Positions 23,578-36,989 of a stretch of DNA of 64,000 nt are shown piece by piece (position 1 is the first letter of the stretch; every line of letters begins with the position of its first letter). The notes under the pieces were generated by a model. The model worked only from the letters and a program-made list of their open reading frames with translations, made no database searches and was not told the origin of the DNA. This DNA is from Hemiscyllium ocellatum (taxonomy: Eukaryota): assembly GCF_020745735.1 (NCBI RefSeq), contig NC_083409.1, positions 14,665,873 through 14,729,872 on the forward strand, given 5' to 3'. Made by a program: the position numbers and the translations under genes.

Positions 23578-24359
23578 GGTGAATTTTCAACCTTGTGCTC
23601 TGACAGTCTTTGCAACTATTTTTTACACTGGGGCTTTCTGCTGTGGTCAGAATCTCTAATAATAAGTGTCTAATCAGTGACAATCACAGCAGCTAAGAGC
23701 AGTCAGGACTGAAAAGCCCGGACTCACTGTGTAACATATTGGGAAGATCAAAGCCATCCTCTTCATCTCCTGCTCCAAACTCCATCCCTCTCCCTGGGGG
23801 TCTGCTGCACAACCAGACCCTTTACAAACGTGGCCACATCTCTGAGAATGATCTGACCCCTATATCCTCCATATTATACAGACCAGCCACTGAAAATCTC
23901 AATCATGTCTGTGGGACTCCAAACATGACCATTCCAATGTTGTGCTAGCACACATCACAGCAATCGCCCTCCATAACCTTCAGTTCATCCCAAATTCTGA
24001 TGCCTGTATTCAAACTTGCATCAAGTCCTGTTCCCCCAACCCCCTGCACCCTGTATCTACATTGGCTCCTCTCCAGCAACTCCTTGATTGTCGAGTTCTC
24101 ATCCTTGTTCGCAAAACCCTCTCTGCCCTCCACCCTCCCTATCTCTGCCTCAGTCAGTGTGATCAGCAATCTTGGATGTACAGCTCTCTGTTTCTTCATC
24201 CAAGTCATTCAGAAATATCATAAAAAGCTGAGCTCCCAGCACAGATCCCTGGGGATACCACTATTCACATCTTCCTCACTGGAGGATGCACTCACTATTC
24301 TTCCTCTCTGCCTCCTACCTCCAAACTAATTCCTGACCAAAGACAAATACTTTTCTCTG

Positions 24360-25410
24360 ATTGGCTTGATGGTAGGAAGCAGTGGGTAACAGTGGAAGGA
24401 TGCTTGTCAGACTAGAGGCCTGTGTCTAGTGGAGTGCCTCAGGGCTCAGTCCTGGGCCCATTACTCATTGCTATCCACATCAATAACTTGGATGAGAATC
24501 TGCAAGGCATGATTGGGAAGTTTGCAGATGACATTACAGTAGACATTGAGGGAGGTTATCAGAAATTGCAGCAGGACCTTGATCAGCTGTAGAAATGAGC
24601 AGAGAAATGACAAAATGAGTTCAGAGAGATAATTGTGATAATTGCACTTTCGGAAGTTTAATCGAGGTGGGAGTACCATGGTGAATGGTAAGGCCTTAAG
24701 GACTGTAGTGAAACAGAGAGATCTTGGAGTTCAGGTACACGGTTCTCTGGAAGTTGAGTCACAGTTCGACAGGGCAGTGAGGAAGGCTTTTGACACACTG
24801 GCCTTCATCAGTCAGGGCATTGAGTATAGAAGTTGAGAAGTTATGTTACCATTGTACAGAACGTTGGTGACGTCGCACTTGGAGTATTTGGTCACCTTGT
24901 TATAGGAAGGACATTATTAAACTGGAACAAGTTCAGAGGAAATGTACAAGCATGTTGCTAGGACTCAACAATCTGAGTTTTTGTGAGAGGTTGGACAAGC
25001 TAGGACTTTTTTCAGAGAGTGTAGGAGACTGAGGGTTTTTTTTTAGAAGTGTATAAGACCTTGAGAGACATGGATAGGGTGAATGCACTCAGTCTTTTTC
25101 CCAGGGTTGGGGAATTGAGGATGAGAGGGGTTTTAGGTTAGAGGAGAAAGAATAAAAGGGAACCTGAGGGACAACTTGTTTACACAGAGGGTGGCACGCA
25201 TATGGAATGATCTGCCAGTGGAAGTGATTGAGGCGGGTATATTAACAACTTTAAAAAGGCATTTGGACAAATGCATGGATAGGAAAGGCTCCGAAGGATA
25301 TGGGCCAAGTGCAGGGAAATGGGGTTAGCATGGATGGACATTTTGGTCAGCATGGACCAGTGTGGACCAAAAAGCCTGTCTCTGTGCTGTAGGACTCGAT
25401 GACTCTTTGA
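24360..25410 (+). mobile_element. CR1 LINE 3' fragment
   Basis: SGVPQGSVLGP, KFADD and QRDLGVQVHGSLEV motifs plus tail. Confidence 0.85.
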
Positions 25411-26724
25411 CTCTATAATTCCATAGGTTTCTATGTTTACGGACAGTCTCTCAAACGCAGAACAAAGTAACGAACAGCAGGACTAGGCCATTCAGCCCTT
25501 CGAGTGGGGTCTGCCATTAAATATGACCATGGCTGATCATTCAACTTAGTCCCCTGTTCCCACTTTTTTCCCATAACCTTAATCCCTTTCGTCCTAAGTC
25601 CCTTTAGACCTATCTCCTTCTTGAAAACTTTTAATGTTTTGGTCTCAACTGCTTTCTGTGATAGAATATTCCATCAGCTTCCCACTCTCTGGCTAAAGAA
25701 ATGTCTCCTCAGCTCAGTCTGAAATAACCTTTCCCTTTTCTTTAAACTGTAATTCCTGATTCTGGATTCTCCAATGATCAGGAACATACTTCCTGTGTTT
25801 TTCCGGTCTTGTCCTGTTAGGATTTTAAAGGTTCCAACGTGATTCCTCTCAATCTTCTAACCTCCAGTGAATATAATCCTAACTGATCCAGTTTCTCAAC
25901 AGATCTAAGTGCTGTCATCCCAGGAATCAGTCTGGTAAACTTTCGCTGTCCTCCCTCCACAACCAGAACATCCTTTCTCAGATAAGGAGACCAAAACTGT
26001 ACACAATACAATCATAAAATCACACAGTACAGAACAGGTCCTTCAGCCCATTAACTGTGTACCAGCCAAACTACACTAAACCTGCACCAATCCCACTTTC
26101 CAATATGAGCCCATAGCTAGAATGTTATGACATTTCAACTGCTCACCCAAGTACTTTTTAAAGTTTTTGAGGTTTCCCACGTCAACTGCTCTCCCAGGCT
26201 GTGCGTTCCAGACACCCACCACCCTCTGGATAAAAAAACATTTTCCTCAAAACATCTTGAAACTTCCTATCTTTCACAATGAATGTAAACCAACTTTTTA
26301 TTGACCCTCCCATGAAGAAGAACAGCTGCTTTCTCTCCTCCCTGTCCATTCCTCTCATAACCTTATACACCTCGATCAGGTCCCCCTCCACCTTCTCTGC
26401 TCTGAAGAAAACAACCGAGCTGATCCAATTTCTCTTCATCACTAAGAGGCTCCGTCCCACACAACATCCTGGTGATTCCCTCTGCACCCCATCCAGTGCA
26501 ATCACATCCTTCCTACAGTGTGGTGACCTGAACTGCACACAGTACTCCAGCTGTGGGCTAACCAATGTTCTGCTTAACTGCACCATATCCTCCTGCTTTT
26601 ATAACCAATACCTGACATGGCCAAGGCAAGTGTCCTCTGTTAACCTGTCTTGCCCCATTCGGGGATCAGTGGACAAGTACCCCAAGATCATTCTGTTCCT
26701 TTGAGCTTTCTCAGGTCCAAGAAC

Positions 26725-29700
26725 AAGGGACAAAGAAAATTACAAACAGGAACAGGCCCTTCGGCCCTCCAAGCCTGCACTGATCCATAGCTTCAATTTC
26801 AACCTATCATCAATTTTCCAAGGATCTGTATCCCTCTGCTCCCTGCCCATTCATGCATCTATCTCGATACATCTTTAATGATGCTATCATGCCCGCCTCT
26901 ACCACTTCCGCTGGCAACGTGTTCCAGGTACCAACCACTCTCTGCGTAAAGAACGTTCCACGCATATCTCCCCTAAACCTTTCTCCTCTCACCTTGAACC
27001 CATGGTCCCTAGCAATTGAACCCCTCACTCTGGGAAAAATCTTCTTGCTATCCATCATGTTTATAGCTCTCGTGATTTTGTAGACCTCTAGCAGGTCCTC
27101 CCTCAATCTTCAACTTTCTATTGAAAATGATGCTAATCTACTCAACCTCTCTTCATAGCTCATGCCCTCCATATGAGACAATCCTGGTTAAGCTCCTCTG
27201 CACCATCTCCAAAGCATCCTCATCCTTTTGGTAATGTGGCGACCAGAACTGTATGCAGTATTCCAAATGTGGCCAAGCCAAATTCTGATACAATTCTAAC
27301 ATGACCTGCCTACTCTTGTACCCCAACCGATGAAGGAAAGCATGCCATCTGCCCACTTGACCACTCTATCAACCTGCATTACCACCTTCAGGGTACAATG
27401 GACCCGAACATCCAGATCTCTCTGTGCATCAATTTTCCCCAGGGCTTTCCATTCAGCATCTAGTTTACTCCAGAATTGGATCTTCCAAAATTCATCAGAT
27501 CACATTTGGCCGGAGTGAACTCCATCTGTCTGTTTCTCTGCCCAACTCTCCAATCTATCTATATTCTGCTGCATTCTCTGACAGTCCCCTTCACTATCTG
27601 CTACTCCACCAATCTTAGTGTCATCTGCAAACTTGTTAATCAGACCACCTATACCTTCTTCCAGATCATTTATATATATCATATAAACAAGAGTGTTCTC
27701 AGCATGTATTCCTGTTCTCCATTTTGAGAAATTCCCTTCCACTACTACTCTCTGTCTCCTGTTGCCCAGCCTGTTCTATATCCATCTAACTAGTACATAC
27801 TGGACCCCATGCGACTTTAATTTCTCTATCAGGCTACATGGGGAATGTTATCAAACACCTTACTGAAGTCCATGTGTATGACATCTACAGCTCTTCCCTA
27901 ATCTATCAACTTTGTCACTTCTTCTAAAAATTCTATGAAGTAGGTAAGACATGAAATTCCCTGCACAAAATCATGTTGCCTATCACTGATACATCCATTT
28001 TCTTCCAAATCAGTATCTGCTTCAGCAGCTTCCCTTCCACTGACGTCAGGCTCACCGCTTGATAATTACCTGGATTATCTTTGCTACTCTTTTTATACAA
28101 GGGGACAACATTAGCTATTCTCCAGTCCTCTGGGACCTCACCCATGTTCAAGATTGCTACATAGATATCTCTTAAGGCCCCAGCTATCTCCTCTCTTGCT
28201 TTCCACAGTACCCGGGGATAGATTCCATCCTGACCTGGGGACCTGTCCACCTTAATGCCTTTTAGAATACTCAACACTTTCTCCCGCCTTAAACCAACTT
28301 GACCAAGAGTAATCAAACATCTATCCCCAACTTCAATGTCCAGCTTTTCCATCTCCTTGGTGAGTACCAAAACAAACCACTCTTTTAGAATCTCTCCCAT
28401 TTTCCCTAACTCCATGCTTAAATTTCCTCTGTCCTTGAGTGGGCCAGCCCTTTCTCTAGTCACCCTCTTGCTCCTTATATATGAATAAAAGGCTTTGGGA
28501 TTTCCTTAACCCATTTTGATAATGATGTTTTGTGACCCCTTTTAGCCCTTTTAATTCCTAATTTCAGATCGGTCCTAGTTTCCCAATATTCTTCCAAAGC
28601 TTTGCCTGTTGTCAGCCACCTAGACTTTATGGATGCATCCTTTTTCCTCTTAGCTAGTCTCACAATTTCACCTGTCATCCAGGGTTCCCTAATCTTGTCA
28701 TTTCATCCCTCATTGTCACAGGGTCATGTCTGTCCTGCATTCTAATCAACCTCTCTTACAAAGCCTCCCACATATCAAATGTGGATTTACCCTCAAACAG
28801 CTGCTCCCAATCCACATTACCCAGCTTCTGCCGAATTTTGCTATAGTTGGCCTTCCCCCAGTTTAGCCCTCTTCCTTTCGGACCACTCTTGTCTTTGTCC
28901 ATTAGCATTCTAAAAACTTACGGAATTGTGATCACTGTTCCCAAAGTAATCCCCGACTGAGATTTCAACCACCTGGCTGGGCTCATTCCCCAACACCAGG
29001 TCCAGTATGGCCCCTTCCTGAGTTGAACTATTTACATACTATGTAAAATCCTCCTGGGTGCTCCTTACAAATTTTGCTCTGTCTAAACCTATAACTTTAA
29101 ATGAATCCCCGTCAATGTTGAGAAAATTAAAATCTCCCATCGCCACCACCCTGTTGCTCCTACATCTTCTGTAATCTGTTTACATATTTGACCACTATCT
29201 CGTGCTGGCTGTTGGGAGGACTATAGTACAGCCCCAGCATTGTTACTGTACCCTTCCTGTTTCTGAGGTCTGCCCAAATTCCCCCTCTGCTCAAGTCCTC
29301 CATCGTGCCTTCCTTCAGCACAGCTGTGATGTCCTCTCTGACCAGTAATGCTACTCCTCTACCCCTTTTACCTCCGTCTTGAACCCATCAGATACATCTG
29401 TATCCTGGGATATTTAGTTGCCAATCTTGCCTTTCCCTCGACCAAGTCTCAGTAATAGCAATAACATCATACCACCAGGTACAAATCCAAGCCCTAAATT
29501 CCTCTGCCTTACCTACTACACTTTTTGCATTAAAACAAATGCATCTCAGACCACCTGTCCCTTTGTGTTCATCATCTACCTATTCTTACCCTTAATCACG
29601 CCCATTTCATTACTTAGTTCCTTACAGGTTTTAGTTACTACCTCCTTACTGTCCACTAACCTCCTCATTTGGTTCCCATCACTCAGCTACATTATTTTGA

Positions 29701-30100
29701 ACCGTCCCCAAGAACGTGAGCAAAAGTAGCCTGGAGGACATTGGTTCCAGTCCTGCCCAGGTGCAGGCATTCTTGATTTGTAATAGTCCCACCTCCCCCA
29801 GAACCAATCCCAATGTCGCAAAAATCTGAACCCCCCCCCCCCCCCACCACTGCGCCATCTCTCAAGCCACTCATTCATCCTGCCTATTCTTCCATGTCTA
29901 TTCTGACTAATACGCGGCACTGGTTGCAATCCTGAGATTACTACCTCTGAGGTCCTTATTTTTAATGTGGTTCCTAACTCCCTAAATTCTGCATGTTGGA
30001 CCTCATCCCGTTTATTATGTATATCATTGCGGCCTACATGCACCATCACAGCTATCTGTTCACCCTCCCTCTTCAGAGCTATTCAGGAGTCTCGTTTTTG
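26725..30100 (-). mobile_element. Long CR1 LINE (tail, ORF2 pieces, ORF1 SGNH-esterase region)
   Basis: KFADDTKIGG; WRIANVVPLYKK..KDNPGNYQAVSLTS; ORF1 VHVGRNDI...VVISGL...HWDWFWGRWD. Confidence 0.9.
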
Positions 30101-30529
30101 ACCACAGAACCACCTATCTATTCCCCTTACAAAGTCCAAATAAACCACATCCGCTGGCTCCCCCTTGTTAAATCCATTCACTACATCCTCAAACAAGTCC
30201 AGTCGATTTGTTAAGCATGATTTTTCTTTTGACAATCCATGCTGACTCTGCCCAATTCTGTCACTGTTTTCTCAGTGCGAAGCTATAAAATATTTTATAA
30301 TGAATTTGAGCTTTTTCTCCACTGCTGATGTCCGACTAATTGGTCTAACATTCCCTAAAGTTAATGCTCAATGTTTCCCTTCATGGGAAAGTAAGGGCAA
30401 TGCAGAAAACCACTGAGTGACCACTAGGACACGATCCAGGATACAGGAGGATCAGAAAGCTGAATTGTAGCTATTTCAATGTAAGGAGCTTGACCAGTAA
30501 TGTGGTTGAACTGAGAACATTGAACGGCA

Positions 30530-31420
30530 CTTGGGAATACAGAGTCAGCGAGACATAGAGATGTACAACGTGGAAACAAACCCTTTGGTCCAACCTGTCC
30601 ATGCCGACCAGATGTCCCAACCCAATCTAGTCCCACCTGCCAGCACCCGGCCCACATCCCCCCAAACCATTTTTATTCATGTGTGCATCCAAATGCCTTT
30701 TAAATGTTGCAATTGTACCAGCCTCCACCACTTCCTCTGGCAGCTCATTCCATACACATACCACTCTCTGTGTGAAAAAGTTGCCCCTTGCGTCTCTTTT
30801 ATATCATTCCCCTCTCACCCTAAACCTATGCCCTCTAGTTCTGGACTCCCCAACCCCAGGGAAAAGACTTTGACTATTTATCCTATCCATGCTCCTCATA
30901 ATTTTGTAAACTTCTATAAGGTCACCCTCAACCTCTGCCGCTTCGGGGAAAACAGCCCCAGCCTGTTCAGCCTCTCACTTTAGCTCAAATCCTCCAACCC
31001 TGGCAACATCCTAATAAATCTTTTTTGAACACTTTCAAGTTTCACAACATCTTTTCGATAGGAAGGAGACCAGAATATTTCAACAGTGGCCTCACCAATG
31101 TCGTATACAGCCACAACATGACCTCCTAACTCCTCTATTCGATACTCTGACCAATAAAGGAAAGCATAGCAAACACCTTCTTCACTATCCTATCTACCTG
31201 TGACTCCACTTTCAAGGAGCTATGAACCTGCACTCTAAGGTCTCTTTGTTCAGCAACACTCTCTAGGACCTTATCATTAAGTGTATAAGTCCTGCTAAGG
31301 TTTGCTTTCCCAAAATGTATCACCTCGCATTTATCTGAATTAAACTCCATCTGCCACTTCTCAGCCCATTGGCCCATCTGATCAAGATCCCGTTGTAATC
31401 TGAGGTAACCTTCTTTGCTT
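30530..31420 (-). mobile_element. CR1 LINE 3' fragment
   Basis: QWAEKWQMEFNSDKCEVIHFG motif and tail. Confidence 0.88.
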
Positions 31421-31426
31421 AAAAGA

Positions 31427-31556
31427 AATCCCTGAAGAAGGGCTTATGCCCGAAACGTCGATTCTCCTGCTCCTTTGATGCTGCCTGACCTGCTGCGCTT
31501 TTCCAGCAACACATTTTCAGCTCTGATCTCCAGCAACTTCAGTCCTCACTTTCTCC
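31427..31556 (+). mobile_element. Penelope-like terminal repeat with minimal type I hammerhead ribozyme motif (31427-31463)
   Basis: CTGAAGA-A-GGGC/TTAT/GCCC-GAAACGTC: catalytic core, stem II, palindromic ACGT helix III and GUC triplet. Confidence 0.7.
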
Positions 31557-31689
31557 GAACCTTCTTTGCTGTCCACTCCACCTCCAATTTTGGTGTCATC
31601 TGCAAACTTACTAACCATATCTCTTATGCTATTTCATATGCTGTTGCATTGTCTTTTTGGAATATCATATTGTTGCAATTGCTGAGACA

Positions 31690-32780
31690 AGATTGAACAA
31701 AGATAGGACTGGCCACTCAACATTCCAGGGTAGACAAGTCTGAGGTGGGATAGACAGGACGCAAGAGAGGTGGGTGTGTTGCATTATTGATAAAAGAAAC
31801 CATGACTGCAGTATTGCTACTGAAGGAGCATTTCTTGGAAGGGTCTTCAAATGACGCCGTCTGGGTAGAGCTAGACAAAAGGACAATCACTTTGCTGGGC
31901 TTATACTACAGCCTCCCCAATAGTCAGATGGAGAGAGAGGAGCAGATATGTCGGCAAATCACTGAGAGGCGTGAGAGGAATAGGGCTATATTAGCAAGGA
32001 ATTTCAACTTCTCTAACATAAACTTTATGTTTGACTTCATGTGAATGGAATTTTTAAAGTCCATCCAGGAGAGCTTTTGGTGCCAGTACGTAGATAGTCC
32101 CACTAGACATGGGCAGTGCTGGGCTCAATCCGAGTAATGTCAAATTGTTGAAGAGTCAATGGGTGAGCATTTTGGAGATAGTGAACATAACTCCGTACGT
32201 TTCCTAACTATTATGGAAAGGAATAAGGGTAGTGCAGAAGTTAAATGTCTAAAGTGAGGCAAGACCAATTTCAATTTCATTAGACAGGATCTGGCAAATA
32301 TAGACTGGGATCAGTTACTTGGAGGTCAGTCTACATTTGGAAAATGGGGATCTTTTTAATGTAGTTCAGGGCCAGCTCAGAAAGAAAGGCAAGGACAGCA
32401 GCTCCTGGGATCCTGGATGTCAAAGGACATGGATAGTTTGTGAAAGAAAAAGGAATAAGCACATACCAAGTACAGAGCTTTAAAAAGAGGGGAGGCCCTT
32501 CGGGAGAAGCGAAAGTGTGGGGGGGTACTTAAAAAATAGGAGGACAAAGAGGGGCCATAAAATATCTTTGGCAGCCTGATCCCCTCACCCCAGAATACTT
32601 AGGAAAGTGGTATTAGAAAGAATAGATGCACTCGTCATCATCTTTCAGAAATCTAGACTCAGGAGCAGTTCCTATGGACTGGAAAGTGGCTAAATAACCC
32701 CACTATTTTAAGAAGGAAGACAGATAGAACACAGTGTTTTTTGTCGACCAGTTAGCTTGGCATCAGTAGTGGGAGAAATA
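31690..32780 (+). mobile_element. Decayed CR1 ORF2 fragments (endonuclease/tether)
   Basis: GGVALLIKE..AV...., WVELD...TLLGLYYSLPNS motifs. Confidence 0.75.
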
Positions 32781-33739
32781 CGGGAGTCTATTATAAAAGA
32801 TACGCAGCAAATGTTGTTGTAACCTGTGCCTTATGAACCGGCATTCTTGACAAACCGGCAAAAGTTATATCCCACAAATGCTGCAAAGTTTAATATATCA
32901 TTCTGTCCAATTATTATACATTTATAATTTATTAACTTCAGTGTAAATATACTTGTTTTCCAATTGAATGGCCACATGAAATACCAACAGTTGATTCAAT
33001 TTCGAGTCAATTTCTCCTCAAACACGGCAAGCTGGGTAATCAGTTGAGAGTGTGAGTGAGAAGGATATGGGGACAAAGTGGGCTATTCTAGATACAAAGC
33101 ATTGCTGACCACAATCATCTAGTGGCCTGCAGGGTGTAGCTTGTCAGGAGCTGAACAAGAAAGAAAGAGTCATTAGGCTGAACAAGAAAGTTTGCAATTA
33201 AAGATGCCCAAGTACATCAGTCACATACTGAGAGCAAAAGGATTTGCCTGGATTCTGGAAAGGTAAGAGCGGTGGCAGTGATGTGGTGACGGACAGATGT
33301 GAAAACAGTGTAAGGGTTTGTTGGATTCATCAAATACGAAGTGTCAATTTCTAATTAGAGTGACAATAATGATGCTAGCCAACTATTCCCATCCCTACTG
33401 CTGGTATTATTGGACAACACAGATCTCAGACTGAAACACAAACAAACTGCTGAAGAAATGCAGTTGGTCTGCAGCATCTGCAGAGCATAAGTACGCAATG
33501 CTGATGATTTAGATTGAATAATAAGACCTCAGTGCACAAAAGAAATGACGATAAAATAAAACATACTGACAGAAAACACAATTGCAAAAGATTTCAAAAC
33601 AAGGCAAAATAAAATCCTTTCTATTCAAACATTATAGCTTTATTGTATTGAAATAACAGTGAGAAGGCGTTCATTTCTCTAACGTGTCTTTAGGTTTAAC
33701 TTAACTGTAGTTTTCATTTCATTGTCTTGAAAGTTTAAT

Positions 33740-36500
33740 TGCCTTTTCCTTGATGGATACTTCGCTGGCCACAGGTGAAGTGCCAGACTGGAGGATTGTC
33801 AATGTGGTTCCTTTGTTCAAGAAGGGCAGCAGGGATAGGCGAGGCAATTCCAGACCAGTTAGTCTGATGTCAGTGTGAGGGAAATTATTAGAAAAAATCC
33901 TGAAGTACAGGATTAAGCAATACTTGAAGAGGTCGGGATGCCAGTATTGATTTGTTTGACAAAGGCCCCACATGGAAGGCTGATCCAGATGGTCAGAGCC
34001 CATGGGATCCAAGGCAAGTTGACAAGTTGGTGAAGGGTTGTCTTCGTAATTGGAAGCCTGTGACCAGTGGTGTATGACAGGAATTGGGGCTGCGACATTT
34101 TCTGTTTGTAATGTACCTTAATGAATTGACTGTGATTGTATAATTAGAAAGTTTTCAGATGCCACGTAAATTGGTGGTGTTGTTGATATTGATTTTATTT
34201 TATTGTTACATGGACTCAAGTACAAAAGTATTGGAGTACAGTGAAAAGTATGTGATGTCACCTTGGAAGGAGCCATCTTAGGTACAAGGACCGAGATACA
34301 GAATCTTAAGAACAAGGTATAAAGAAAGAATAAATTTAAAAGTTACACGTTACAGACTTTTTTACCTTTTTAGTTTTAAGAATAAAATAAAGAAATAAAT
34401 CTGGAAGTTCAATCATTCCAGTCTTTCTTAAGTGCTTAGCTACCGTGGGATCATACTTTGAATCATTCACTTCGAGACCGGAAGGCAAGCTGAGGCTGTG
34501 CTGGGCTGAAAGACCACTATATACAGCAAAAGACCACACTGTGGGCCGAGAGACAACCACGTTGGTCCATTGAGAGATCGCCATGCTAGGCCGAGAGTTC
34601 GTCACGCTGGAGTGACAGTCGAGCATTCTGAGCCGAGAGGCCTCCACATTAAACTGAGAGCCCAACACGTCAGACCGAGAGTTTGCCTCACCGAGCTGGG
34701 AGGTCTCTGTGCCAAATTAGGACTCTGCCACACCAAGTCAAGAGGCCGCAACACTGGGGCTGCACTGGTCAGAGGCCTGGCGAGTGAGGCTGGAAGTCCG
34801 TGGCTGGGAGAGAAAAGAAGAGAGAACCGCAAAAGAAAAGCACAAAAGAAAATAAAAACCAGTGGAAGAAAAAGCAGAAAAGGAAACAGACGGAGCAGAT
34901 GAACTTGGTCTGAAGAGTCCTACTCTGCTGCCATCTTGGATTACTGGGTCTCAGGCTACAGTCTGATATTGATCAGCTGGTAACTGGGCAGAACAATGGC
35001 AGATGGAATTTAATCCTGACAAGTGTAAGGTGATCCAGTTTGGGAGGTCTAATAAGGGAGGATATACACAATGAAAGGCATGTGCCTTGAGTGTCCTTAT
35101 GCATGAATCACAGAGGGTTGGTCTACAGGTACAACAAGCAATTAGAAAGGCAAATGGAATTTTGTCCTTCATTGCTAAAGGGATTGAGTTTAAAAAGCAG
35201 AGAGGTTATACTGCAGCTGTACAGGATGCTGGTGAGGCCACACCTGGAGTACTTTGTGCAGTTTTGGTCTCCTTACTTGAGAAAGGATGTACTGGCACTA
35301 GAAGGGGTGCAGAGAAGGTTGACTCCAGAGTTGAGGGTATTAGCTTATGAGGAGAGACTGGGTAGACTGGCATATATTCATTGGAACTTAGAAGAATGAG
35401 GGGGGATCTTATAGAAACATATAACATTATGAAGAGAATAGATAAGACTGAAGTAGAGAGAATATTTCCACTGGCAGGTGAAACTTGGACAAGAGGGCAT
35501 CGCCTCAAAATTAAGGGGAGCAGATTTAGGATTGAATTGAGAAGGAACTTCTTCACCCAGACGGTCAAAATCTATGAAATTTCTTGTCCAATGAAGTAGT
35601 TGATGTTTCTTCAGTAAATATTTTTAGAGCTCAGATTTTGTTTTTGAAAAATAAAGGAATTAAGAGATAAGATGAGAGTGCAGGTATGTGGATTTGAGTC
35701 CAGGAAAAGATCCGCCATGATCTTATTGCACAGTGGAGCAGGCTCGAAGAGCCAGATGGCCAACTCCTGCTCCTGGCTCTTATGTTCTCATGTTCTTGGG
35801 AGTAGTGAGGAACAAAGGGACCTTGGTGTACAAGTCCACCGATCCCAGATGGAATCAGCACAGCTAGACAGGGTGGTGAAGAAGGCAAATGGGATGCTTG
35901 CCATCATTAGCCGGTGTGCAGAATATCGGAGTAAGGAAGTCTCATTGTTAATTTACAGAGCATTGGTTAGGCCATATCTGGAACACTGTGTACATATCAC
36001 TGTTGGACAAACATGATTGGACTGGAGAGGGTGGAGAGTAGATTCACCAGGATGTTGCTTGGGATGGAAAGTGTTAGTTATGAGGAGAGAGACTTGATCA
36101 ACTGAGTTTGTTTCCTGTGGAGCAGAGGAAGCATGGGGGGGGTGGGTGGGGGTGGGGCGTGGTGGAAGGGGTTGGTGAATCTGATTCTGAGAGACATAAA
36201 CAAAGTCAATTGTGATCATCTTTTCCCCATGGCAGACATGTCTATGACCGGAGGAAATAAGCTTAATGTGATGAAAAGGTGGTTGAGAGGGAATTGAGGA
36301 TTTTTTTTACCCCAGAGGGTGGTAGAAATATGGAATGTGCTGCTTGAGAAGGTGATGGAGGCAGCTCCTCTCACAACATTTAAGACACATCCAGATGAGC
36401 ACATAAAATGCCAGGGCATGGAATGCTATGGACCAAGTGCAGGTAAATGGGATTAGTGCAGTTTGGTGTTTACTGATCAGCACTAACATGGTGGGCAGAA
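33740..36500 (+). mobile_element. Nested CR1 RT and 3' fragments
   Basis: DWRIVNVVPLFKKGSRD, LYRMLVRPHLEYFVQFWSPYLRKD and similar motifs. Interrupted by another element at ~34190-34930. Confidence 0.8.
34190..34930 (-). mobile_element. Short internally deleted LINE-like element with both ends present
   Basis: Minus-strand start 'tccaagatggcagcagag', degenerate GC-rich ccgag repeats, and end '...catgtaacaataaaataaaa'. Splits a CR1 RT segment. Confidence 0.45.
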
Positions 36501-36534
36501 AGGCCTGTTTGTTTGCTTTATGACTCTATGACTA

Positions 36535-36960
36535 TGAAGAGAAGGAGGTGGAGACATTTTTCATGCCTTTTGAGAAGATATTTAAACAAGTGAGGCGAGG
36601 AAAAACAATGGAGTTTGCCCATGCAAAATGAACTTGGGAAGCACAAGAAGTTTCTATACCCCTGCCAGAGGAACATTCTCAGGATCACAAGGAAGTGAAA
36701 AGGTGAAAAGCACATATGCATCGATCCCAGAAACAAACAGACAGATGTTTCAGAACTTACAGAAACAGCCTCCACAAACTTCTACTGAGTTTGAGAGAAT
36801 TCAGCAAAATAATGTTGACAGGTGGATAAGAGCATTAACAGCTGAGAATACTTACAATGCTGTCGGAGAAATTATTCTCTGAGAAGGATTTAAAACTTTC
36901 TTCCCTACTAGAATCAGAATTCATGTAAAAGCCTGAAGGGGAAGAACAGCATGACAAGCA
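36535..36960 (+). mobile_element. Ty3/Gypsy gag (SCAN-like) remnant
   Basis: EKEVETFFMPFEKI... and AYASIPETNRQMFQNLQKQ...FERIQQNNVDRWIRAL...EIIL*EGFK resemble vertebrate Gypsy gag. Confidence 0.7.
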
Positions 36961-36989
36961 GCTAGAATGGTTAATGATTATAGTCTTCA

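Larger units (their letters stand above)
23475..26640 (+). repeat. Inverted segmental duplication, copy 1 (pairs with ~42720-45052)
   Basis: Unique sequence, L2 fragment, CR1 fragments and their junctions are collinear with the reverse complement of copy 2. An extra CR1 at ~24360-25410 is found only here. Confidence 0.85.

Noticed and set aside
34570-34902. 110-aa basic ORF with repeats as a novel protein
   Set aside because: It lies antisense within a repeat-like element, and the Lys/Arg richness comes from an A-rich tract.
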